In this document: positions 28,801 to 40,676 of the stretch, one piece after another
How positions within the stretch are numbered: the stretch's first letter is position 1
Layout: every line of letters begins with the position of its first letter
From: Rotaria socialis
Lineage: Eukaryota
Assembly: GCA_905331295.1 (NCBI GenBank)
Contig: CAJNYD010000011.1
Coordinates: 64,189 to 128,188 of the forward strand
Length of the DNA: 64,000 nt
Reading direction: 5' to 3'
Notes under the pieces: generated by a model
Told to the model about the DNA's origin: nothing
The model's input: only the letters and a program-made list of their open reading frames with translations
The model's database searches: none
Translations under genes and position numbers: made by a program

Positions 28801-31800
28801 CAATATTCAGAGTTTTATTTTCTTATTAGCTGCAAAACATCTGCAAGACATACTCCGTTATGCACTAAACCCTAAGAAATAGCTAACAGTAACGTCTAAG
28901 AAATGTCATCATGTTAATTACCTAATAGATCAATAGAAAATACTGGCATAAATACCGTTTTAATTCACGCTTCCGTAGTATTTTCTTTGGTACAATAAGA
29001 AAAAAAGAACCACTTATATCAATAGACATAAATAAAGTCATCTTTTCCTCATTTCAACTGTCAATATATGAAGCCACTCAATCTCCAGTCAATATGTTAA
29101 GCTTCCCATTCATTATTTCTTATTCATTATTACCTCGATCATAAGGTGATGGAGAAGCCGATACAGATCGACGACCACTCTCTGTTGGTTGCGTTTGTCC
29201 ATATCGACTGTAATAGTTTGACCGATACATGTGCAATTGAAAACACTACGCACGCGCTCTTAGTTAGAAGAAGAAAAAGAACTTTCTACCGCCACTAGCG
29301 CTAATGTCGTTGTCGTCTATGGTGCCAGTTGGGGTCGGCGTTCGGTTTGTTGAACTGAGACATTTTTCTTTTTTTTCCTCTCTATTCTATATTCTCCTAT
29401 ACTTCTTTTTCTCTTTTCTATATATGGACGTTGTTTGAATATATATATATATATATATACATGTAAAAAAAAAGAATCGTCCGCAGTAATAAGCCGACAG
29501 CAGAAAAAAAGAAGAAAGAAGAAAATGTGCCAGTTGATGACGATCTTTTTCTTTCTCAGATACAATCAAAGAACTATTGCACAGCTCTAAGATCTAAGAT
29601 ATAACAAGAATAATAAAACTGTAATCATACCTTGAAAGTTTTCAGATGATAAAATATCATATAATTTTCTATCAATATTTGGATTTAGAAATTTATCGTA
29701 ATTTTTTTCTTGAAACAATTTTAAAACATCCGTATTATTATCGATTAAATAAATCGGCGACGCTTGTTTTCCTTGAAATGTTATAAATTGATTATTAGCT
29801 AGTGGTAGCAAATTTAATTCAATAACTAGGCCTGGATCAGGATCATTTAATATAATATATGTTAACAATGACACTTTCTGTTCATATGTTAAACGTGAAA
29901 GTATTATGGAATTTTTAGCTAATAATTCTGATGCATGAAACGGTGTCATTACTTGTAAATAGTGTTTATTCGAATATTTACATAAACCATTTATAACATG
30001 CGCAGGCAAAATAACAATAGGAGCATTTGCTTCAGAAAATACCAATGTAAGAACGTCTTGTATTGGACCTGCTTCTACATTATTAATAATCATATCTTCT
30101 ATAGCTACATATCCCCAGCCATCAGTAGCTGAAAAGAATAGTTCTTGTTTGCCTAAAAAGTTCAGAACAAAAATTGATGATTTCTCTAGTTCAATCAAAG
30201 TTTCGATTGTTGAATTTTATGATTATACGGTTTTTCAATCTTCAACAATAAATAATTGGGTAATTAAAAATTCATATTAATTATTGGAATAATAATATTA
30301 TTATTATTATTCAAATCAAAGACACGCTGATTAGATAGCCTTGCTACGGTCACGACTATGCATATATATATATATATATATTTTTTTTTTTCTTTCGCAC
30401 CAATTGTTCTCTGAGTTTATTATGCAAAAGATAAATGCAATGATTCCAATGATTATCAATGCATACAAAGTAATAAAGTAGTAATCGCCGTCTAGTCAAG
30501 CAAATCTATTCAAGTAGAATAATCAGCAAACAAAAAAAGAAAAAAGAAATAAATTTGAACTTTAATAAACATCGTATAAGAATAAATGAAAAATTCTATA
30601 CGAAAAACTATACATCATATCATATTTCGAGATAATATGAAACCTATGTACAATTAGTAAAGGTCAAAATTTGCAAGCTGGTAATTTATCAGTAGATTTT
30701 AGAAGTGAACAGATTTCTTAATTTGTAAGAAAAATTCTTATAAATTCAGATCACAAATATATTTTTGGAAGTTAGATCAATAGTGATTGTAAATGATCCA
30801 AGTATGTACATTACGGTCATAGCGCAATAAATGTTCTAACGGGTACCATCGCGATGTCGTCAGCTGTTTGTCTATGAAGGGCATTTCAAAAGCATACTCA
30901 TTAATACTGAATTTAATTGTCCATATATGTAACATTCTGATTTTCATAGATTAATAATAGTTTTACTTTAGCATAGTCACATAGGCTAGTGTGATCATGG
31001 CACATGAACTGCTATTTTCTTGTCATAGAATTAGATCTTCTGTTTCAATGGGCAATTCTGATACGATCACTTGATATTTTAACTATTGTTCTATTAAAAT
31101 CATATGGTATGGAGAGAAACCATACATATTTTATTGATGTATATAGGCAATATTTCTATGGAATCATTTGATTGGGAATAGAAAGTTATCGAATTTATGT
31201 AATCAATTGATGGTCATGCTTTCTTTAACATGGATTTAGTTTTTGGCTAATTCTTATTAGTAGATAGATTAGGTTTAAAATCATATTACTCATCAGTAAA
31301 AATATTTGATGTTCGTGATCAATTCATGGCAATAGCGATCTTTCGTAATAATCCTAGCTAACATGATGATAATTAAATCATAAAAATGTCATAAATAACG
31401 TCTCGCAAATACGACATATCATAGATAGGTATTCATTTGAAAAACAGTTATTATAAATTACTGTTCTTTTTTTGTTTCGATCCTCTTGTATTCGATAGTG
31501 AAAATGTAATAATTTAGTACTCCTCAAAATAAAATAGAATTTTTTTCTCGCAAAAACTTACCGATTTCTACCCAAATATCTGGTGTAAGATTATGAATAA
31601 TTTTAAGATGTTGCTGTTGTAGTGAGTGATTTTGATTTTGATTAAGTAAACGTTGATGTTCATCAATATCTGGCATTAATTGCCAGATAAGATCAATAGT
31701 TAAATTTAATGTTGTCGCTGGATTTATTAATCGGGATAAATTTTTTAGAAATAAAGCATATGCCTGAGGAAATTTGATTTGGCGTAATTTTATACACACA

Positions 31801-34800
31801 TCATCTTTACATAGAGAATTCAATGATGGCATTATGCAATAATAAAGTATTCGTGATGATGTTATTTGTATTGATTGATAACTATGTTGTATTATCGATG
31901 ACATACATGTCGTCTCTGGTGATAAAGAGAAAGGTACTAAGGGAAGTAAAAGTTTGAATTGAATTTCTTGTTTATCTTTTTCATTATAATCATTATAAAC
32001 TGATAATAACCAACGAGATAGATTACTAAAATTAAAACAAAAAAATGAAATTTCTCGTGAGATTTATTTATTGAGAAAATAATTTTTCTTTTTCAATTTA
32101 AATTAAATATTTAATTCTCTTTACAGGCGGAGAAAGAAAATTCAATCTTGGCTTTGCCCTCTTGGATATTTTTTGCTTGATATTAACCATGACTTTTCTA
32201 TGTGTATGTGTTATATTGAGTTACTATTCTTAATTGAAGCGAAGGATGTTGTAAATTATCCATTATATATATATACAAGTCGCAGGACAGATTAAAATCG
32301 GTTGAAATAATTTTGATCTGAACTAGTTCGCTTTAAAATTAAACAAAAAAGATTTTAAACTGAACTAGTTCAGATCAAAATTATTTCAATCGATTTTAAT
32401 CTGAACTGAATTTTAATCTGTCCTACAACATATATAGATATATATTAGTCAAACAGAATTAGAAATATCAAATGTAATCGAATAAGTTTGAAGGCTATAA
32501 TAGTTTGGCATCTCTTACGCACATAACATATTTTCAATTAATATAGGATAATTTCCCGAAAATAGCAATTTTCTTTATATAAAAATAGATTAAAAGTCTT
32601 TGAAATAGGAATTGTCTTAAATAATGAAAACTTATCATAAACTTGCCAATAGCATAAGCAACAGATCGCATTTGATATAACAGTATTTTATGGTATCCGA
32701 AGAAATCTCTATCAGATAGTGTCAACAATAACAGCCAGTAGATATTTCACTTGGTTCTAGCATGTATGCGTGTGTGTGAGTGACATCTGATCTAGTTCCT
32801 ATTTTCATATATTGTGTTAAAATTATCTATAGATTCGGATTGTAATTACAGACCCAAAAATGAGGAAACATCGGGTTCGCATCCGATTGTTGTGTGTACT
32901 TCAAAAACTGAGTCGATTTATATATGTTTTGAATAATTCTGAGAAAACAATTTTTTGAAAACTCCCTGTACCCCCCTCAGGGATGGTTTGGTCAAAAATG
33001 ACAATTTTTTCGATAACTCAGCCATTTCTTGACGGACCCTTCTCATCTTCGAACTCAACTGAGATATTGATGAGATCTTTCTGCTTACAAAATTTCAAGA
33101 CAATTGGATGAGGCTTTCAAAAGTTATCGTATTAACGATCGACCGGCCGGACAAACTGACCGAATCTGGAGTGTACCCATTTTTTTTGAGTACACAAAAA
33201 TGATGTAAAAATAACTTCGTCTTTAATAAGAAGTCTTTTTTCAGTTCGATGACTCTCATTTCAATATTTAGTTTATTTGTCTTTTTAAATTTCTCAAAAG
33301 CAAAGCATCTATTTGATATATATATATATATATATATACTATGTCTATATTTAAGTCTCTTGGCGTACTCTATGAGAAAAAAAAGAATGAAAATGCTGAT
33401 AGGTTTTTAATTATTCCATGAAGGTGAATATTGTTTTAGATGTTTTATTAATGCAATCGATGAATAAGGCATCAGTTCATTGAATATTCAAGATGATTTC
33501 ATTCATATCTGATTATATTCAAAACGAATTTAATCCTCGCCAAAAATCATAAACGTTATGTGTATTTGTTTAAGAAGACTTATAATACGTAACTTTCACT
33601 TCCATACTCATTTTCTATGTCTATTCATACTATTAATCGAAGTTTACACTTTTATTTAAAAAAAAAGATCAAAAACTTATGAAAAGCTCAAATAGAAAGC
33701 TTCCCATTTAATACATATAAAACTACTAATAATGAATCCTTATTAAAGAAAAAGAAAAAACTTCTCACCTTGTATTGATATCATCAGCTTGTTTAAATAA
33801 TGTCATATGGATGAGTTGCGTTGTCGATTGAGCATCATGAATTGTTGTTAATGAGTGTTTATCTATAGATAAGATTTTTGTAAATACTTGAAAATCTTTT
33901 GTATAATCAAATTCAATAGTATTTATATTTGTTTGTGTTAATAATAATTCCATACAGGATTCATTGGAATTAAAGTATCTTAAGATTTGTTGTTTAATAT
34001 CGTCTAATGTTTGTATATGTGTTATTATTTGCGTTGTTGATGTTGTTCGTAATGGTAAACGTATTAATGTACCATTATAAAATGTTTTAGATTTTAATAG
34101 AAAATGATCTAATGGCGAAAATTGATCTTGAAATATTTCGATATCATCAGTTTCAAGATCAAATATAGATACATAGGCACGTTCATCATTTGTCATACGT
34201 TCATTAGGATCATAATAAACAACACGTGAACCACTTAATATGCATAAAAAATCTGATAGATGAAAAAATGATGATGCTGTTTTTGATATTGTTGATGTTG
34301 ATTCGTGAATTCCAAATACATCTTCCCATTGTTGTTCACTTAATAAAGCATCATATGTTATACATAATGCAACGCCCTGATATGATGAAAAATCATCATG
34401 GATTAATGTTTGAGTATCATAACACCGATCAACAAGATAGCCATGAATGGTTGACGCACCTAATGATTGGCCGTAAGTTAAAAATGTTGAAACCAGATCA
34501 CATGATGGTGCAACAGATGTTAACAAAGCACGTATTATGTCACGTAGTTGGAAAACTGGTGATGATATAATGCGCATTTTCGCATACTGTACGCTAGGTG
34601 ATGAATCGTCTCCTGAGGATATAGAATTTGATTGAGCAGGATTTGCGGTAGCGGCCGATGATTCTAAATGTTAAAATATAAATTGTGAGAGACCGCTATG
34701 AAAATAAATCGTATTATATCGTTTGTATTTATATTGACTTAACCGATGTTCAATTTATATGAAATTGATAAGGTCAGTTGGTTTATAGGTAACTATAATT

Positions 34801-37800
34801 TTAATTTCCTACATATTGTCATTTTCGAAAGCGAAAAAAATGGCTGCTGAATAAGAAGTCGTATTTCTTTGATGTTCTTATTGGTAGAGACAATAAATAA
34901 GTCGTACAAATTCCGGTGATACATGCATAGATGAAGTGCGAAAAAGAAATCTACTAACCACGAAGTAGCTTATAGCTGAATGAGTAATATTGATTGAAAG
35001 AAAGAAAAAAAGACAGCCGAAACTTGTTCCTAACGTTTTTTAATACTTATCCCATATGAACAAAAGCTGAATGAGAACAACTCATAATTTTTTTTGTTGT
35101 TTCATTAGGTCGATATTCGGTGAAAAGTAATCGGATACTCTTCAAACTTTCGTTCTTTGTTCTTCTTTCGTTAAAAATGAAAAAGAAATGAATAAATGAC
35201 CACTAACACTGCTATCACCACTACGGGCGATCGTCTATACCAACGAACCGTTTACATAACTTACCCGAATTCAACTCATTGAAATTTATATTCATCACTA
35301 ATAAAATATATGATCACACTAGTGATCTATTTTGATAAAAAGTAAGAATAATTGTTTTCGACTTGATAAGTAGAAAAAAAGAACAACAAAAAAAAAGACA
35401 AGGAGAAGAGATGAGCAGTCTTAGTGGCGTACGTAAATATTTATACGTATTTGATGGATAGTGAAGGATGATTGGTGGAAGAGAGAGGAGACACTATACA
35501 ATAGAAAGAAATATGTCGTCGACCTTATCATCTACACATACGGTAATAATGACAAAAAATTTAACTGATTGAATGTATTAGTCATTATATATATATAAAT
35601 ATATACGCGAGTTCTTTACAAATTACCTATTAAAAATAAATTATATCAATGAGGCACGTTTTAGGGTATCTAGCATACATACGTTACGTTTTCTTTTTTG
35701 ACTATCGAAGAGAATATAAAAAAGAAAAAGCCGAAGACAAGGAAAACAGGCAAAGAATGAAAAAAAAAAAAGAAATCTTACTCTCACCANTATATACGCG
35801 AGTTCTTTACAAATTACCTATTAAAAATAAATTATATCAATGAGGCACGTTTTAGGGTATCTAGCATACTAAAGCTATTCAAAAACGTCGTATAAATAGA
35901 AGATATGAATGTTCTATTTCTGTTTACCTTTTATTTATTCTAAACATGTCACGATACAATTTCTTGACAGGTCATATTTCCGTGTTTTTTTTAAGTATGC
36001 ATTTTATTTCGAACAAACCAAATAGAACATGTTAATCAAATAAAATTGAAAGTATATATCACGATATGTTTTAGAATAAACAAATATGCATCGCATAAAG
36101 TTTTCATCCATGTATATATATATATTAAGATTGACAGATTTTTCTTATGTGAGCAATATATTTTTAATAGACTATGATTTGTCGATCTATATAAATTCGT
36201 TACGGTTCAATGTATACATTTAAATAAAATACACATTGAATAAAACAAAAAAAGATAAGTATACGATGTCGAAACTTCTTTACGAAAGCAATAAGAAGCT
36301 GTCACGGTCATGCATGAACCATACCAGAACTAATTGTTGTCATGAAAAATCGCGAAGGGTATAAAACTGAATATATGTTTTACTTCTATCAATTTCGATC
36401 GAAGGAAAGTAATAGGACAAGTGAGTTTTTCATTTTGTTCATGATAATTACAGATTAAATCAAAGCTGACATGTATGAGAAAGATCAATGAATGTTAAGT
36501 TGTCAATCAAAATTTGCATGGATTATTTTTGCTCAACTCAAGCCAATAATCTGATTAAATTGAAAGAAAATAGCTCAAAACAAAAGTTGACTTAGTAAAT
36601 ACATAGTTTTCGAATATACTCTATACGTTACGTTTTCTTTTTTGACTATCGAAGAGAATATAAAAAAGAAAAAGCCGAAGACAAGGAAAACAGGCAAAGA
36701 ATGAAAAAAAAAAAGAAATCTTACTCTCACCAAGATAGTAGACATTTATGATGGTATACCATGTGCATGTATAAAGTTTACAACAGAAATAGAATAAAAA
36801 GTTTAAAAGCAAAACTAAAAGCATTAATCACCACCATAGGATTTTGTTAATAGCATAGAATAGAATTGAGAACCTCATACTGTTGCTACTACTATTCGGA
36901 CTTTTTTTCAACATTAATAATCTTTTCCAGTATATATTGTATAGTGATATGTATTTGATCTGCTTTCAAGGTAATGATCTGACAAAATGGCTGGAATTTT
37001 TCAAGAAAGAAGAAAGAGAGAACTAATAATTCTATGATTTATTGAAAAATAAATTGAGTACTATTCACAAGCGTTGCATTTATATAAAAGAAAAAAAGAA
37101 CCTTTCATCGTCTTTTTGTTATCTGTCATCGTAATGAAAGGCAAATTCATTTAACCTATGTCACTAGAAGAAGAAAAAGAAAACTGTCTATCGATCAACG
37201 AGTATGCAACCTGTCACCATACTTTCCAAAGAGGAAAATGAACAACAGCTGGTTGATCTAACACGGTCTTATATAGGTGGGGAAAAAACGGTAAAATAAT
37301 CAATCTATCGTTAGCAGTTAATCGCAGTCTCATCAACTTTCAATAAACAAATTTATATACACATAAAGAACTAGTCTTGCTCTAGGTCTTATCCGCCGCC
37401 ATAGCATTCAATGTGTCTCTTGTTTGTAGAAAAAAGAATCGTTTGATCGTAAGATTTTTTTTTCTTGTATCGGTACCAAAAAAAAACAAATCAGAGGTAC
37501 AATATATCTAGAGTCGTGACTTAAAAATATACAGAAAGAAAAAAGAAAGAAAGAAAGAAAGAAAGAAAAAAGAATACATCGATACGTTCGTTATTACTCT
37601 CAATATATGCTCGAAAATCAAAATTAACAACTATATATTTGTTATCTGGTTTCGATCAACTATTAATCCCTAGATATACAACATGTGTGTACATGCAGCA
37701 TAGATCTTCCTACAATTTTTGGTTAGATTTGGAGTCAGACAAAACGATCTTGATTAGCGAATATTTAGAATGAACGAAATAAAAAAAAGTCACTGATTCT

Positions 37801-40676
37801 ATTATATAATTTTCAAGAATATCCTCTTCACATGTAATTAGTATGGATTTCATAGTAATTCTACCATCGAAAATGGTATTTAACTTATAATTTAATTTCT
37901 TGTTGTTAGAAGAAAAAAAAACAAGGACCATTTCCTTTAGATTAAATGTTGATTATGAATGATAAGAATCATAGTATTAAAAACATTTTCCTTGAACTTT
38001 TATATGAATGAAATATTGAAAAGCAAGAAAAAAGATGTACTCTTCTTATGTTCATTCGTTACATCGCAATCAAAGATAATCGAAAGGTTGGGCAAGTCTA
38101 TAATACGAAGAAGAAAAAATTGAAATTTTCTGAAAAATAAAAACATTTTTTCTTTTATGTTAGTAAATATATTTTTCATATTTTATGCCATTTCATTGTT
38201 AAAATTTCTCACCTTGATGTATGATGACTGTTTTTTTGGGTCGTTTACGCTTAGAATTCTTCATTTAAATAAACTTCCAATAATATCGACAGATGAGTAG
38301 TAAACGAAGATAGATTTATCGTTTTTATCTGAATATTAATATGCAACGTTGTAACTTTTATTATTCAACCAAAATGAACAAGCAATAGGTTAAAAGTAAT
38401 AGTGAAATTTTTTTGTTGTTGTTCTCTTTCATTTGCTCGCTTATACAGTATCACTCATCATATTGAATGATGAACAGCGTCGAAATGGACGCTAAAATAT
38501 TTGTCGCTGCTCACCAAAACGGAAAAAGAAGACGAAATAAGGCTTCTCTTTTTCTTTCTAAATACAAATGGTGAACGCCTTGACACATGAGAAAGAGGTT
38601 ATCAATACAACTGCCCATACTATTACTATGCATCGTCATCTCGCTCTGCCTCTCTTTATTGTACATAATGATCGTATGTTTGTTCAACACACTATGTGTT
38701 CTCAATTACGACACATTTTCCATCGAATCGAACGAGCATATTTCTTGTCAGACAAACTTTTTCAAAGTCTTCAATCCATCAGACACTATTGTGAAGTATT
38801 TTTGCGAACAATACCAATCGAAATAATTGTCCTACAAATTCATGCAACTCTTAAATTTCTTCTTATATATGTATACACACATATAAATAGTATCGTAATA
38901 GTATCTTTTGCTACTCATATATATGTCCATCGAAGTGATTTGATCCCATTTTGATCCGTAAAATGGATATCAAACAATCAACTTCAAATGTTCATATTGT
39001 ATATACTTATACGTTTTTATGATCTTTCATAAAAGTGCCTACAAATATTCACAAACAAAAAGAAACTATTGATACGGCAAAAAATATTGAAAAAGTATGA
39101 TGCTAAAATTACACGACATCTATTGAAATGTCAGTATACATATATGTATGTATGTATTCATTCAGATTGAAAGAAGATATTTTAATTACTTTCAAAAACT
39201 GTATATCATCATCTATTCGTTTTTCTTCTTCTCTTCGCACAGTAGTGATCCTAGGGGCGCAATCAGATGGGGGCTGGCTTAGTCCCCTAGAAAAAATAAG
39301 TTTAGCCCGCCCTACGATAGCTTTGACCAACGACTTAGCATCCCTACAATTTTTTTCTGGTGACACCCCTAATTGATCATTATTTTACTTTCGATAGAAC
39401 GAATTTTTTCTTCTCATTAATACAAGAAGACGAAACATTTCTACGATGAATAATAGCACTAGAATAAAATAAAATAGATAACCTTGCCTTGTATACCATT
39501 CATTCTCAAATAGAATAATATCCTTTCGAAACCTTTTTATCAAGGATAAATTACATTAAAAAAAAGTTTCTATTTCATCCGTCATAAAGTATCAATCGTT
39601 GAGAAATAAGCAAATGGACCATTTCTTCCAAAGTCTTCATCCATTATAATTTACACTTTGATGATAATATAGTAATATACAAGAATGCATATTATATTTA
39701 GCTCATTTATACATCTTTTACATTTCAACGTTGAATATATATACATATATGTTATATAAAAAAAGAACGAAATGTATATTTTATTTTATTATTATCAATA
39801 TCTCACATAATCATAATAAGCATTGCCCGATCATAACGAAGTCAAATGGCTATTGTTGCCCTTCTGTCTATGTATCTCATGAGAATGCCGAAATGTAGTT
39901 ATATGTAGAACATACAAACATATATATAGATATACGCACATATATCGACTGCAGTTAAGAATGCATAGCACTATACCGCGAGAGAGAATAAATCAGTAAA
40001 ATACATCGGTCGACTAGCGCCTGCAGATGTGTGCGCATGTCTAATTCTGGTCGCTACTCTTAAATGATCAAAGTAAGTAACTGCTTGACTATCGGACAAT
40101 ATATGTGCGTGACTGAAATTATGTTCGATCAATCAGTAGACAAAATCGATTTCGCTTCAATTATCATTTTATCTTATACTGATAAATCTAGTTCAAGTAA
40201 TTATGATTATAATACGAATTGAAAAATTGAAAAAACAAATCCGTTAATGAATAGATAATATTTTTTTTTTTTTTCTATACTCAAATATGACCTTGCATGA
40301 ACTAGTACTGGTAGTTATTTTGTGAGAAAGTTCTTGTTTAAAGCAAATCGTTTCGAAGAACAAACAAATAACAAAATTATGTATCAAATGAATTGAAATA
40401 AAACGAAATGAAAACAGATGAAAGAATCTCGCAAACACAAAAGAAGCGTCCTTGTCATGTAATCTTAGCGAAGTAAAAAATAAAAAAGAAACTATTAAAC
40501 GAATTCTTTTGTCTACCTGCATGGAACTTATTTTTAATGGATGGTGAAATTTGTTTAGCAAAAGATGCTTCGTTCGATGACGATTCAGGACTGCTCGTGG
40601 CATGATCATTTTCATTTTTATTTGCTGTTGATATTGTAGTTGTTGGACGAAATATTTTACGAAATTTTCGCATCAT
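4775..40676 (-). CDS. SACS: Sacsin-like protein (~3,516 aa; degenerate sr1/GHKL region, sacsin repeat remnants, J-domain, HEPN), 18 exons
   Basis: Manually joined GT-AG exons, all phases consistent: 40517-40676, 33769-34663, 31562-32025, 29631-30152, 20769-21734, 19352-19864, 17338-18102, 16823-17269, 15101-15766, 13642-14211, 11999-12963, 11275-11930, 10748-11214, 8354-9535, 6034-6909, 5607-5764, 4913-5120, 4775-4845 (10,551 nt). Sacsin hallmarks: YQGVALCITY, DQFSP...GTLIRLPLR, J-domain ERKKTVKKLLLKWHPDKNP...AEVFKHL, HEPN WLKQAQHDL...WVCYKCYRAAEKALKA...QYP...IPAEVFT. Confidence 0.9.
23553..23904 (-). CDS. Candidate alternative first coding exon of the sacsin-like gene (117 aa, low-complexity; joins exon at 21734)
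   Basis: ATG at 23904 (MDSRYRFTSNIS...QQDE); 352 nt ending G|GTGCGT, phase 1, matching the phase-1 acceptor AG|AT at 21734. GA-rich UTR-like sequence upstream. Confidence 0.65.
25701..26046 (-). CDS. Candidate alternative first coding exon of the sacsin-like gene (115 aa)
   Basis: ATG at 26046 (MASASGITNPSKKRNTFF...SLNNM); 346 nt ending G|GTACGA, phase 1. Confidence 0.65.
27412..27571 (-). CDS. Candidate alternative first coding exon with N-myristoylation/palmitoylation motif (53 aa)
   Basis: MGNTTTCSIKPSS...NFTYK; 160 nt ending G|GTAATA, phase 1. Confidence 0.65.
29134..29230 (-). CDS. Candidate alternative first coding exon (32 aa; below the ORF-track cutoff)
   Basis: MYRSNYYSRYGQTQPTESGRRSVSASPSPYDR; 97 nt ending G|GTAATA, phase 1. 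GC-richer than the flanking intron. Confidence 0.6.
32279..32429. mobile_element. Palindromic MITE in sacsin intron, flanked by TA microsatellite
   Basis: A ~42-bp arm CAGATTAAAATCGGTTGAAATAATTTTGATCTGAACTAGTTC is present inverted with one mismatch. Outer ends GTCGCAGGACAGATTAAAAT / ATTTTAATCTGTCCTACAAC. Confidence 0.7.
32892..33200. mobile_element. Non-autonomous Helentron/DINE-1-like (HINE) element
   Basis: Subterminal inverted motif GTGTACT(T)CAAAAA vs TTTTTGAGTACAC; terminal hairpin GTGTACCCA-T7-TGAGTACAC followed by an A run; internal AAATTTCAAG...GTTATCGT...GACAAACTGAC core resembling such elements. Confidence 0.55.
35265..35295 (-). CDS. Candidate alternative first coding mini-exon (MNINFNELNS) joining exon at 34663
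   Basis: ATG at 35295; 31 nt ending G|GTAAGT (consensus donor), phase 1, matching acceptor AG|AA at 34663. Confidence 0.5.
35600..36732. repeat. Duplicated segments around the scaffold N (allelic bubble or assembly artefact)
   Basis: 35600-35678 is identical to 35791-35869. 35679-35789 matches 36623-36732 apart from one A in a homopolymer. The single N is at 35790. Confidence 0.85.
36731..36824 (-). CDS. Candidate alternative first coding exon, hydrophobic (31 aa)
   Basis: MLLVLLLNFLFYFCCKLYTCTWYTIINVYYL; 94 nt ending G|GTGAGA, phase 1. Hydrophobicity could be an AT-bias artefact. Confidence 0.4.
38213..38264 (-). CDS. Candidate alternative first coding exon with NLS-like basic cluster (17 aa)
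   Basis: MKNSKRKRPKKTVIIHQ; 52 nt ending CAAG|GTGAGA, phase 1. Confidence 0.55.
39252..39371. mobile_element. Short hAT-like MITE
   Basis: Termini TAGGGGCGCAATCAGA vs reverse complement TAGGGGTGTCACCAGA. Flanking 8-mers AGTGATCC / ATTGATCA match at 6/8, consistent with a decayed 8-bp TSD. Confidence 0.55.
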
